Shown here piece after piece: positions 12,977 to 25,000 of a DNA stretch of 64,000 nucleotides; the first letter of the stretch is position 1; each line of letters begins with the position of its first letter. Source of the DNA: Guillardia theta CCMP2712 (lineage: Eukaryota > Protista > Cryptophyta); NCBI RefSeq assembly GCF_000315625.1, contig NW_005434671.1, positions 700,188 through 764,187 of the forward strand, written 5' to 3'. The notes below the pieces were generated by a model that was not told where the DNA came from, searched no databases, and worked only from the letters and a program-made list of their open reading frames with translations. The position numbers and the translations under genes are program-made.

Positions 12977-13058
12977 CCGTTACAAACAGTTTTCTTTTTC
13001 AAGACCGTTTCTTGATTTGTGAAGCCGTTGCACAGGCACTCTCCGTTACGTGCCGTTG
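12977..13058 (-). promoter_or_regulatory. Cluster of five AACGG (MSA/Myb-type) motifs in a divergent promoter
   Basis: CCGTT on + at 12977, 13005, 13025, 13043 and 13053; four of the five read YAACGG on the minus strand. Confidence 0.45.
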
Positions 13059-13123
13059 AAACTTGATTCCAGCAGGATGGCAGGCAAGAGGCGGGGAGAG
13101 GGGAGAAGGTGAGGTAGCGCGAC

Positions 13124-13197
13124 GATGAGAAGACGAGAGCAGGAGCAGGAGAGGAAGAGAGATGAGAAGACGAGAGCAGGAGCAGGAGAGGAAGAGA
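13124..13197 (+). repeat. 37-bp purine-rich direct tandem duplication
   Basis: gatgagaagacgagagcaggagcaggagaggaagaga x2 (13124-13160, 13161-13197). Confidence 0.85.
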
Positions 13198-13381
13198 GAT
13201 GGAGAGGACGAGTGATGGTGCCCTAGTCATCGTGTGGGTGACTGACACTTGAGGCTGTTTGCCCTCACCTGCACCCGAAGAAACTCCAAACCGGAATAGT
13301 TTTGACTTGCTGTACTGGACGAACAAGACGCGAGGAGAATAGGAGGTTGATTGCGCCCATAGCTCTCTCCATAGGAAGAAA

Positions 13382-15715
13382 ATGAATGACGAGGAACGAG
13401 CCAGGAAGCTCGAGGAAGGCAAGAAGAAACTCCAGAAGTAAGTGTCCATGCATATTCAACTTGAATTCCCAAATCGTTCTTGACCATTAATTTGCAACAA
13501 ATCAGATTTAGAGCAAAATCCAAGCAATTCAAGTCAGTGGATAAGACGTCTGTACCTTTGGAAACAAGGAACAATGCTAGCAGCGAAGTGGATGTTTCTG
13601 TGGGAGATGGACGGCCAGTAAATGAGTCCAATGGTCACGACAATCATCCCTCAGAACGCAAGGCACAGACTTCTGCAAGTGCAGGATCTTCACAAGCTGT
13701 CGAGGATGACATCAGTCTCGCCGGAAGTAGCAAGCCTGGAACTGTCCTTCACTGGCTTGCGGAGAGAAATAAGCGGATGAAGGTCGTCGCTGCTGCTACT
13801 GCAGAGTTGGAGCAAGCTGTTATTGGGCTCACATGTGATCCAAGACTGTCAGCATCGCAGACTTCCTCTGTGAAACGAGTGAACATGAACTCCCTGATGC
13901 GAACAGCACATGACTTGGTCTTGAGGGTTCAATGTTGTAACGTGTCCCCGGCAACAACTGTGAAGGAGGAAGATGAATTTCCTTTTGTTGCAGATGTTCT
14001 TGCAGACCTGCGAAAGCTAAACTCATCATTGTCCAAGATGTCCAGAGAAATCGAGCCAGTACCAAAGGGAGTGAATGGCAGTGACGATCAAGTAGATTCT
14101 CTCACTAACGGTGAAAACCCTCCTCATTCAGGTCCTGAGGGACCCTCGCCAAATCAAAGCACGAAATTCGAAAACTCTTTGGCAGACTTTCTGAATTCTT
14201 CTAGAGAGACCGAAGTTCCTTCAGATCTACCAAAGTAAGTGGTTTTTGTGTTACATTCAATCTGCTCTGACGAAAACGCAGGAAAAGTACTGAATTCCCA
14301 CCAATATTCTTGGACAACTTGAGAGACATCGGTGGCTTTTCAGAAAGCAAGGCCTCAGATCAATTATCGGCTTCAGAAATACGACTTTTGACACAGCAAA
14401 GGAAGGAAGAGCCGCTGAATGACACCATCTCAACAAGCAACTCGCACCCAAAGTCGAACTCGGGCTCGGGTTTTCAAAAATCCTACAAGGACTATGACAC
14501 GGTGAACCAGCTTACTTGGGAGAATACGTCTCTCCAACGTAGAGTTGAAGTTCAAGCCAGTGCTTTGATCGAACTGTCAGTGGAGAAAGAAAAGTGGATG
14601 GGTGAGAAATACAAATTGATAGACGAACAGGTGCGGAGTCATTCTGGTGTTTGAAGATTGAGAATTTTGACTGGTGTACAGGAGAAAGCTCGGAAGAGGA
14701 TTAAGTTGCTTCTCGAAGAAAAAGAAGAGTTGAAGTTGTCGCTGCAAAGGGTCATTGAGGGACTCGTGACTGAGAATCAATTTCTTTCGCAAGTCGCGTC
14801 CGTCCGGCATGACCCCAATCTTCAAGACACAACAACCAGGAAAGCTGAGGAACACACTATGCTCGAGACTCAATCTACGTCATCTACTCACCTTTTGGGA
14901 TCACAATCTGTACCGAACAGGCCGCTCGAGAACCACTCTGCGGAAGAAACTCCGCATGTTTCGGACCACACAGAAGTGAATTCATCGGATTCAAGAGCGT
15001 ATCCACCAGACCCAAGTGTTGGATTGCCTCACTCCTTACAGAGCGAGGGAAACGATGCTTCGTATCAATCTCTAGACGTGACAGCTTTGCACTATGAGGT
15101 GACGTCTCCTGCTCTGGAATCAAAGGATAGCATTGCCGAAGAAAAAGCCGAGGATGCGCAAAGACAAATTGAGCATGACTCGCACCCGCAGGAATCTCAA
15201 GGTTCTCAAGGAGGAGAAGGGGGGCGGATAGGAAACCTCAACGCGTCGGAGAGCGTCACGGAATACAACAGGCCCACTCGGCATGCACCAGATGCAACCG
15301 CAGTCGATCACAGCTTGACGTCCCCTGAGCCTGACAACAGGGACCAACCAGCGCACCCAGCAGAGCAGAATCAACACATTCACCCTCAGGCTGCGGATCA
15401 CGAGGACTGGAGTGACGCGGTCTTCACCAAAGACAAGTCCTCAGTTCGGAAAGCTCCTCCACCGCGACCGTTTCCCCCGGAGCTCCTTGCTCACCCTGGT
15501 GACAAGGACATTCAGATAGGTAAGCTACATGAGATTGTGGGTGATATCGTGATTCCTACCCAGGTCTTAAACACTTGTTCAACCCTCCCAAAGCTGCTCC
15601 TCCTCCAGCTATCTACTACGTCTTCGATGCGCTCTGGAGCGTGGTCTCACTGCGTCCGGTCAGGACTGCACTGTTCCACAGCCACAAGGCAGAGATAGAC
15701 GACGACGAGTGGTAG
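13382..15715 (+). CDS. Coiled-coil protein with golgin/AKAP9-like basic N-terminal helix and acidic DDDEW C-terminus
   Basis: ATG 13382 exon spliced to ORF 13480-14238 gives MNDEERARKLEEGKKKLQKFRAKSK; further exons in ORFs 14310-14654 and 14658-15698 contain heptads; last exon ends EIDDDEW* (TAG 15713-15715). Confidence 0.65.
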
Positions 15716-15819
15716 CCGCAGAGGATGCTTGTACACAAACTTATTCTTTCGCCATCGGTTTATGACACTGACTGATCTCAATGAAAAAACTGAGCCTCGG
15801 AGAACCATGGTTTTCACTA

Positions 15820-15960
15820 ACGGTCCGATCACTGGCCTCGGCCTCTCCGAGGCTCCGGCGCCGTCGCCGCCCGTCCGGGATCGGATCGCCGCCCGCGGTC
15901 ACACTGACAGTGAGCTTGGGTTCCCGATAGCCGGCCGCTGGCTTCGTCACAAACAGTAGC
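15820..15960. repeat. CpG-rich palindromic-word intergenic block
   Basis: Dense CCGG/CGGC and CACTGACAGTG words just upstream of kynureninase; same vocabulary recurs at ~19195, ~21230, ~34140, ~41050 and ~59100. Confidence 0.5.
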
Positions 15961-16062
15961 CCTGGAAGCTCTCGCTGAACTCCCGGGTGCTAAACCCCTA
16001 CTACGCTAAACTCCCAGACTAAACCTTGAACCCCTAGCTAAACCCCTCCTAAACCCAGGATC

Positions 16063-18154
16063 ATGCAGGCGCATAGCAGGGGGTTGTCGATGGAGCATGC
16101 AGCGTTCGAGACGCAGGGGGAGGTGGAGGCATGGCTGAGCGAGGCCGCGAAGTTGGCGGGCAGAGACCTGCTGAGTGAAGAGCTGGCCAAGTTCCTTGGT
16201 GGGACCCGCCATGCTCTCCTTTCATCGCTCTTCTTCATGCTCACTGGCGTGCCGCAGACGAGAACGACAATGTCATCTGCCGCGAGGACTTCTGCTACCC
16301 GACCTCTGACCCCGCCTCTGACCTCTCAACCTCCTGCACGTACATGTGCGGGAACTCCCTGGGGCTGCAGCCTGCAAAGACCAAGCAGTACGTGAACGAA
16401 GAATTGGACCGATGGGCAAAGCTGGGGGTTCGGGGACATTTCGAAGGGGAAGGGCGACATTGGGCGAAGATTGATGACCTTCTGCAGTCACCCATGGCCC
16501 GTGTGGTTGGAGCTCAGGACAAGGAAATCGCCGTCATGAACGGCCTCACTGCTAACATCCACTTGATGTTCGTCCCCTTCTACAGACCCACCAAGGAGCG
16601 CTACAAAGTCATCATGGAAGCGCAGGCGTTCCCTTCGGATCGCTACATCGTTGAGTCTCAGGTCCTACTATGCAAATGTTTGAGCGAGAGCTGACGCTGT
16701 GCTTTGGTGAAGGTGCGCTTCCATGGGTTCGATCCCCAGGAGGCCATAGTGCTCGTGAGGCCGCGGGAAGGGGAGCATACACTGAGGACTAGTGACATCC
16801 TAGACGCGATAGGAAGAGAGGGGGCCCGGACTTGCATGGTTTTCTTTCCTGGGGTGCAGTACTATACTGGGCAGCTGTTTGACATGAAGACCATCACAGA
16901 GAAAGGCCACGAACAGGTCTGTCCAGCGGCTACCTTGCTCCTCCTCCTCCTCCTCCCTCCTGACACTTGGCAGGGCTGCGTGGTTGGCTTCGACCTCGCC
17001 CACGCTGTTGGCAATGTCGAGCTTCATCTCCATGAATGGGAAGTGGATTTTGCGTGCTGGTACGAGCCTTGAGTTGAACATCGCCATCATACCGCACTGC
17101 GGGGAAGAGCCCGACCTTAGGTGGAGCATCAGGTGTACCTACAAGTACCTCAACGCTGGGCCTGGATCGATTGCCGGAACTTTTGTTCATGAAAAGCATG
17201 GATCGAACTCGACACTTCCAAGGTTCTTGATCTCAGCCTGCGAGACTTTTTGTCCTCATGAACGTCATTCGAAGGTTTGCTGGTTGGTGGGGCCACGATG
17301 ACTCGACGAGATTTGATATGACCAAGCCGTTCAAGGTGAAAGAGCTTGGATGACTTACAGATTTGTAGTCAAAGGTTGAACTTCCTTGTCTGCAGGCTGA
17401 AGAGGGGGCTCGAGGCTTCCAACTGTCGAATCCTCCCATCCTTCAGGTCGGCTCGTGAGGGAGCGGAGCAGGGCCTTAACGGGTTCGAATGTGATCAGTG
17501 TGTTTCTTTGATTGCAAGCCTCGAGATCTTTAGCAAGGTGCCTAGCTTGACTTTCTTGGGACCGATTCGGTTGCTTGTTGATACCTCGGCAGTGTGGAAT
17601 GAAAGCACTGAGGTCCAAGTCTGAGATCATGACTGGATACCTCCTCATGTTGTTCAAGCAGAGGCTGCAAGGTAAGTCTTGCGTTCCTTTCAATTCCATC
17701 TCCGAGCTGCCAGATGCTTGACTTTGTCATGTGTTCCAAGGCCATGTAACCTCCATCACCCCCGAGAATCCGCAAGAGCGGGGATGTCAACTCTCGATCA
17801 TCTTCGACAAGTACTGTCACCATAGATGATGACGTGTTGTTGTTGAGGATGCAACCAGGCCTGTCAGGATGATGTTTTCTGCATTGAGCTCTTATGGAGT
17901 GGTAGACTCGAAATCATTTCGCATTCAATCTCTTTACAATCTGTTAGGTTTGCGACATGCGGGAACCAGACGTGATCCGGTTAGCTCCGTGCCCACTCTA
18001 CAACACCTTTCATGAGGTATATCTACATAATTGCTTTCCTTCTCCTGACCTCAACTTTGCGATCAAACAGGTTTACAAGGTTGTCGACATGCTTGTCAAG
18101 CTTAACGCGATGACTCAAGAGGAACTTGCTGCTCTCATGAGTCCAAGTAGCTAG
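16063..18154 (+). CDS. KYNU: Kynureninase (PLP-dependent, Trp catabolism / de novo NAD), multi-exon
   Basis: Motifs [77 protein letters not shown] (PLP lysine), GWWGH and [17 protein letters not shown] across short-intron exons. Confidence 0.95.
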
Positions 18155-18211
18155 CGCTGCATGTATACAAGCACCTCATCCGCCCTTGAGCGATCTCAAC
18201 GGCTGATGGCA

Positions 18212-19099
18212 TCAGGATCTCGTTCCCTTCTTGGCCAGGCTGCTCGTCGAGCTCCTCTGAGCCTCCAGCTTCTTCCCCTTCAGCTCTGAGCGCCCGTGAG
18301 CAGTGATAGTTCCCTCCTCGCGCTCTCACCTTGATACTTCTGGCTGTCCACGAAGCCCAAGTACTCGTAGAAGTTGACCGTGCTGTCATTGTCAAGGTTG
18401 CCCTTGAAGAGCTTCGTGAGGAATTCGTTGATGTAATGCTCGTCTATCGTTTTTCCTGCCCGCAGGTACCTGCGAGAACGCTTCAACGCCCATATCCCGA
18501 CGATCTCAAGGCCCCCATGGCGGCCTCACATCAACTGAGTCGCCTCATCCACCTGCTCACACGAGAAGAGAGGGTCAACATCGATGGGAGTCAGCAGCAG
18601 ACACGTACGTCGATCCTCCCGTCACAGTTGTAGTCATTCATCTGAACGCCCTGATGTCAGCAAAGCAACCCGACGAGAATGCTTTACACCATGAAGTCAA
18701 CGACGTTGTAGAGAGCTCGAGGCTCCAGCATGGTGTCGTCGGACCTCACCCTCCTGCACCCCCATGAGCGCTTGATACAGAACTCACACTGACAGGCCCT
18801 TTGCTACCTGTACATGAGGACGAACTCATCGTAGGTGACGGTCTTGTCGAGAGTCTCATCCACTTCCCAGATCATCTCTTCCAGCTCTCCCTTGTGGGGC
18901 TCGTACTTCAACTCCCTCATGGACGCTGACAGGTCGTCAATGCAGATTACCCCTGCTGATTATCAATCCTGTTGCTCGTGCAGTGGCAGCATGGAAAGTC
19001 ACCATCCTTATTGACGTCCAGGCGTTGGAACACTCTGTTCACCTGCTCGCTCTCCGCCTTGTTCAGCTCCGCAAGTCCCCGCTGAAGCTTCTTCCACAT
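18212..19099 (-). CDS. Calmodulin-like EF-hand protein, multi-exon
   Basis: Spliced translation MWKKLQRGLAELNKAESEQVNRVFQRLDVNKDGVICIDDL...MIWEVDETLDKTVTYDEF...MNDYNCDGRIDV...DNDSTVNFYEY gives four EF-hand-like loops. Confidence 0.8.
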
Positions 19100-19194
19100 G
19101 CTCGCAACTACAACAGTCAGTTGAATTGTAAAAAGGAGTCAACAAACCTTGTCACAGTTTTAGTTATATTTTGATAGTAGGAGCCTGATCAATG

Positions 19195-19400
19195 ATCCGA
19201 CTCCGGCGAGTCGGAGCCTGACTGCGAGGCTCGCCGCCGGGCTGGGGCCGGCCGGGCCGCTTGGTCGTCACTAGTACCGTCCGGCGGCAGTCCGACACTG
19301 TCACTGAGGTTCCGGGACGGCCCGATCACCCCGAGGCTGCCTGAGACCGGGCTGACCGTACGGGACACTGACTCTCAGAGCTCAGGCTACCGTGAGCGCC
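19195..19400. repeat. CpG-rich palindromic-word intergenic block
   Basis: GACTCCGG, GAGTCGG, GGCCGGCCGGGCC, CACTGTCACTGAG words upstream of the EF-hand gene. Confidence 0.5.
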
Positions 19401-19599
19401 GTAGGAGGCAAGGAACGAAAACAGCGGCATTGAATGCGGCTTATGATCAAAGGCGCGATAAGGGGAAACAGCAAGGAAGAGCGCTTGAATCATGAATCTG
19501 AATAGCAAAGACAAGATCTTCATGTCAACTAGTAGTTTTCTTCTTGGCATCTCCGAACTAGTAGTCATACCCAGCATCGTCTACTGCATGTTCGCCGTT

Positions 19600-20938
19600 A
19601 GCGAACGCTCGCTTGAGCCGCGCCATACATTCCGATCTATCAACGTCGCAGCCCCATCAGAGAGTCGCAAGAGAGGAGATGAAGACAAACCTGCTCAACC
19701 TTTTCCTGCTTCCTCCAGGCTCTTCATCGTCACTGAAGTATTCGTCCTCTGCATCTCTGCTCATCTGAGGATCATGTTAGAGGGCAGGAGTCTCCAGATG
19801 TCCGCCGACCCACCTGGTCCAGGTCATCAAGATCGTGATCCTGATCGCAAGACGCGTAATCAAAGTATTGAACATCGTGACCCTGCACAGGTGGGTCAGC
19901 GCGCCATAGCAAACATTGCTCGATACACCTCAAGGAATCTTTCCCTCATGATCTTGTAGAATTCATCTCGCAGGCGCATGCGATCCTCGGCAGAGACGAT
20001 CTCCTGCTTTCCTTGGTCCCCTTTGCTGGATGATTGCTCGAGATCCAAATCCTCGTCGCTGTCTTCCTCCTCGCCTGCGAAAATGCATCAGACCCGCTCG
20101 TGAGAGGCTGCGATGGATTATGAACGAACAGACATGCAGAGATCCAGGTACTGCTAGGTTCATGGATTGAGGGTGAAGAGCTTACAATTTCTTTCGGCGT
20201 CTGCCTCCTTTTCGCGCCGAGTGCGATTCATTTTCCTGTCATAGCTGTGGAGGAGAAAGTCGGCTAACGCCTGGGGAAAGTCAGACATACAGGAGGGGCG
20301 GAAAAGAAGTCAGAGGAAGACGATATGTTGAGAGGATGCTGATGAAACAGGCAGAGGTAGGTGCATTGCGGCAGAGAAAGATATGCGAGGCGAGAGAAGG
20401 GAGAAACGACAAAGAAGAGGTCGACAAAAAACAGGAGTGGAAGGAGGCAGGAAGAGCGAGGGGGGAAACAATAGGGTTCAACAACCTGTCCAGACCAAGA
20501 AGAATCGCGCCAATCGCCTGGTTTAAGACAATGAGGCACTTCCTCTTTGACTCTGCGCCCGTCCTCATCGACTAGAATACAACTGGGTTTGTCGGCGGGA
20601 ACGATCGTAGAAACACCTTCGCCCTCTTCCATGAATTTTCCAATATGTTCGTGGTAAAGGAGTGGAGCCCTTCTTTCCATATTTCCAAGAGAGAAGTACT
20701 CCCCTTCTTCCACGAGCTGGTTCATCTTCTTCAGTCGACGATTCCGAACTGATACGCTCTTTGGCAAGCTCTTGGTTGCACTCGACCTAGGTCCATTCAG
20801 CTTATCGTCTCCTTCGTTCCTCCTCCGCGCCGACCGTTGTGCTTCCTCACTTGCATCGTTGCAATCGGCCCTCCTGTCTTCCTCTTCGTCTCTCCCCATC
20901 TCTGCATCGCCGCTTTCCACCATCTCGCTATCCGGCAT
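19600..20938 (-). CDS. CCDC97: CCDC97 (DUF2052) homolog, multi-exon; 3' end approximate
   Basis: N-terminal motif VRNRRLKKMNQLVEEGEYFSLGNMERRAPLLYHEHIG and C-terminal motif LRDEFYKIMRERFLE-GHDVQYFDYASCDQDHDLDDLDQ-MSRDAEDEYF match the CCDC97 family signature. Confidence 0.8.
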
Positions 20939-21229
20939 CCTTGGCAAACCTCCTACACGGGCAATTAATGTTATTATCAACACTTTATGGAAACTCTCAT
21001 ATATTGGGTAAGTTTTACAACTACTTTTAAGACAGCAGTACCTGGTTTGTACCAATCAGTTTTATTTAATTTTACAAGATCTGTCTTACTGTACCGGTCA
21101 TATATACTGCAAAACATCTGTGGGGGGTCATCATATTTACAACTATAAGCAGTATAAGTGGTAAATGTTTTGTAAATCATTATACAAATATATTGAAATC
21201 TATATTTAGTACTGCATTCACGAACAGTT

Positions 21230-21900
21230 GCGTTTCAGTCCCCCCGACACTGACTCCTAAAGTTGCCGGGATGACTCCGACTCCCTCCGACGCCTTCTTG
21301 GACTCCCGGAGTCAGGCCTCGGACTCCCACCTACACACGGACTCGAGTCATCCCACCAGGCCGGGCTGTAACACTCCGACTCGTCGGTCCGGCGGCCGGG
21401 GAAGGCGGCCCGGGCCTGGCCGCGTGACTGTCAGCCGGGGCAAGGCTCGGACTGAGCGCAGTGACCCAGCGCCGGGTAGCCGCCGGGTCGGACTGTCCCG
21501 GCCCGGTCCGGACCCGGCGCTCCCGGCCACAGCTGAGCGCTTCTTTATATGATCCCGGCCCCTCCGACAGTCGCACTCCCGGAGTCCCATTCCCGGGCCT
21601 CCCGACTCCGTACGGTCGCCGTGACTTCCGCCATACATACTCGACGCTTGAACCTACGGTAACTAGGACCCCAACCAGGCTCCGAGGCTCCGGATGCTCC
21701 GCCTACTCTGGGTGGACGTATCGGGTCGAATTTCGGAACGCGGACTGTGCCCGGTGAGTCACTCGGACGGCGGGCCGAACTTCCGAATACCGGCCGCACG
21801 AACTCCGAATACCCAGCGGTCTCTGTGACGGTGCTTCATCGGATCAACTCTCTGGCAGTGCAGTCAGGCTCATTGAGGACGCGGCCGTCCCGGCCTCCGA
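21230..21900. repeat. Long CpG-rich palindromic-word block inside the MULE
   Basis: About 670 bp of GACTCCG, ACTCGG, CCGGG, GTGACT, ACTGAG words with no convincing coding frame. Confidence 0.55.
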
Positions 21901-22050
21901 CTCCATGCGTGAGCCATCATGTCACATCCACCTCTGCCAAGTTGCAACAAGACCGTTTTACTGAAGACCTAGGTTCATGCAAACGACACCAGAATTGAGC
22001 ATCACATCAAAGATAGACTGTACGCTAAGGTCTAACTTCTGCGTTTTGTT

Positions 22051-25000
22051 TCACTTTATACTTGCTCCGCCACCGGCACGATACACTTCACTCAGCAGAT
22101 TGCCTATTCGCATGCGAATGTCAGGTATATCCTTCTGACAAAAACTCGTTGCTGGGTTGCGGCCCGAAGCTATACAATCCGCTATCGCACATACAAATAC
22201 TCCGCACGACGATCCGTCTGTCTGTCGCGGTACCTGTGTCCGGGATCAGTGTATACAACACGCCGTTTGGCAATTGATGTGGTCACCAGATCTGACGTAA
22301 ACGAGTACACGTGTTGCCATTTAACCCTCAGTTTGTCTTGCATCCATGCTTCCAATAGCTGGTTTCCGGTAGATTGAGCTTCATTCAGTTGACGCTGCCA
22401 TTCCATCTCTACAAAACCTGCGCGGTACATGTACGTGTTACAGCGACAATCCAATGCGCACCATGAACACGTCTCACATGCTATGTCCTTGGTACACTCC
22501 TTGTGCACGAGTTTCATGGAGTCATATAACCTGGTAACAACCGTCAATGACACTGTATGTCGCTGCTATGTCACAATTTCATTACGTCACTGCCACATGA
22601 CCAATGGATCTCAGATCAATGGTAACGAGGCCCCAATGCTTCTGATCTCTGAGTACTCCTCCCATCCTCTCCATGGTTGGGAGTTCGCTGGTTGTATCGT
22701 TACCTTCCACCCTGCTGGCCAGTTGCACAGAAAAGATAGGTATTAACACGATGTCAGTGGTTGGCCACCATATATCCTTGATCCACTTCCGGCAACCCGC
22801 GTGTACGGAATTTGTCACCTGCAACGAATTTATCCCTCACACTGCAATCATCACTGGCACGTTACATTCTTCACGCACCTTATCTGCATCTCCACAGAGA
22901 GCGATTTCCTGAATCAACTTGGTGTAAAAGTATGTCCCACAGCAATGCACACTGATTCCTGATGCCTTGCGGGCCTGTATGACACACAAAAACGCATCTA
23001 TGATATCTCCTTTCAACCATCCACCATTCCTCACTGCATCCAAGTCTTCCAATGTAATGTCCGACTGGGAAATCATGTGTGTGCCCAACGAGACCATGTT
23101 CTTGACTTGGTTCACCACTACTGTATCCAGCCCAATGAATATTTCTCTCAGATATGCGCATTGTACTTTGGGCATCCCGTCATTTCCAGCTGTTATCTGG
23201 TTCTCCTCCGCATCTGTCTGCACTCCTACTGAAGTACCAGAAGCTCGAAGATTCTTCTGGGTTCTGCTGGATACATGGGACTCACAAGGAATGTCAGCAG
23301 TGTCTGATGTGCACGAACGTTTGTTATGTCCGATAGCTTTGCATATCTTACATGTCTTCTTCAAATTTCCTTTCACAGTGTAAAATTTGCCATCCACAAA
23401 CCCTGGCACTGCTTCCCCATGGAGTCGGATCGTTCCTTCTTCGTTGCGAAGGATCACTTGTTTACAATCATGGACACGCTTTCTTTTGGATCCTTGTCTC
23501 TTGGAGATTTTCTTGCCTTTTTCCCCATGTGATGGAATGCGACCAGGGAGGGAGCCAGGACAGGGAGCCTTGCTGGGCGGAGGAAGATAAGACTTGTCTG
23601 TGTGTTGCGGGCGGGGGACATCATCATTGTGTGGGGAATATCCAATACGGAATGTGCCTGAGTGTAACACGGCGTCGAGAAAAGTGTCTGTCAACCATAT
23701 ATCATCGTACAACTGCCGGACCATATCTTCATGTGGCTTCGCCAATCTTTGGTTGTATGCCTGGAATGCGGCGATTGCATGTTGACATGGTCTTCCATTG
23801 ACCTGCCAAAGACAACACAAAGAGCAGGTTTTTTTGGACAAGTCGACATGGCAGTCGGAGGACTCTTGGTTACGTTTGCCTGCCAAGATAACCACTGTGT
23901 CAGAGACGGAAGTAGCGTACAAATGTCTCGCTTGAGTTTGGAATATGACATGCTCTTCGTTGACTGCATCACTGATAAACATATCGGTGTAGATGCTAGC
24001 AGGCAGTTCATTCCTTCTTCGTGATATTTCATTGGCCAGATTCCGCATGTCATTCAAGCATGTCACCCACGCGCATGTAACCTTCTGGAGAAATCCCAAC
24101 GGGTGGTCATTCGTGGCGAGCATTCCGCGGAGACGAGAGTTTTCACTTTCACTGACATTGTTGCTCCGAATCCCATAGGTACGAATGCCATGAAATTCTT
24201 TCAGAACTTGGGCCTCCCCCTGCATGTGTTCGGCAAGAAACACCCTCGACTACCAGGGTTGTGGCAAGAAACACCCTCGACTACCAGGGTTGTTGTCACA
24301 ATATAACTTCATCCAATTCGGTAAGATCTTGAATGTTTCCTCGTACTGTTCCCAAGTACCATATTCGAGGACAAAGCGTGCTTTCCAAACGTTGGCAGGG
24401 GAGGAATCAATACCGTGGGATGCTTTGAGCTGACGCAATAGTTCCTTCACCGTCATTCTCTTGCCACCACCACTTGAGCTTCCAGAGGACATTGAGATCA
24501 TTTCCCGAAAAGGATGGAATTGAAGCAGGAACTTCACAGAAGCTTTGCCTGAGAACGTGCACATGTACTCATCGTGCTGCAGATGGCTGTCTGTAATGTT
24601 GACAGTGAAGAGAGGTACCATACTGCGTGATTTTTTCACTACGACACTGTACCTGCCAAGGTGGTTCCCTGTTAGTCAAGCTTTGCAAATCAATGACGGT
24701 GGAGATTTACCTGCACTTGGGCGAAAGACACTGTAGGGTATATGTTTCGAAGAGCGCCTCAAAATTTGGAATGCAACGAACCCCTCTATTGCAGAACTCG
24801 AAGTTGACACCTTTGATGTAAGCAGTGCATTCTTGCCTACTCTCCCAAACCTTGCCGGTGAACAAGTCAGCGTGATTCAGAAGCAGGCCGCCCTGGCAAG
24901 TTGCGTGAACACCATGCCCTGCATCCGCCGTGTTGTGCCCACGAGATGCAGATGAGCCCTCACAATGATCCTTCAAGTTTGAGCAGGAACCGCCAGAGAA

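Noticed and set aside
12664-13449. 261-aa minus-strand ORF upstream of the rhodopsin
   Set aside because: Ser/Leu/Pro-rich translation of purine/pyrimidine-skewed promoter DNA that overlaps the first exon of the plus-strand gene.
19492-19959. 155-aa plus-strand ORF
   Set aside because: Overlaps the conserved CCDC97 C-terminal exons on the opposite strand.
21193-21998. Arg/Pro/Gly-rich ORFs in the CpG block as captured gene fragments (Pack-MULE)
   Set aside because: The ORFs follow from high GC content; the same word composition occurs in non-coding blocks elsewhere in the window.
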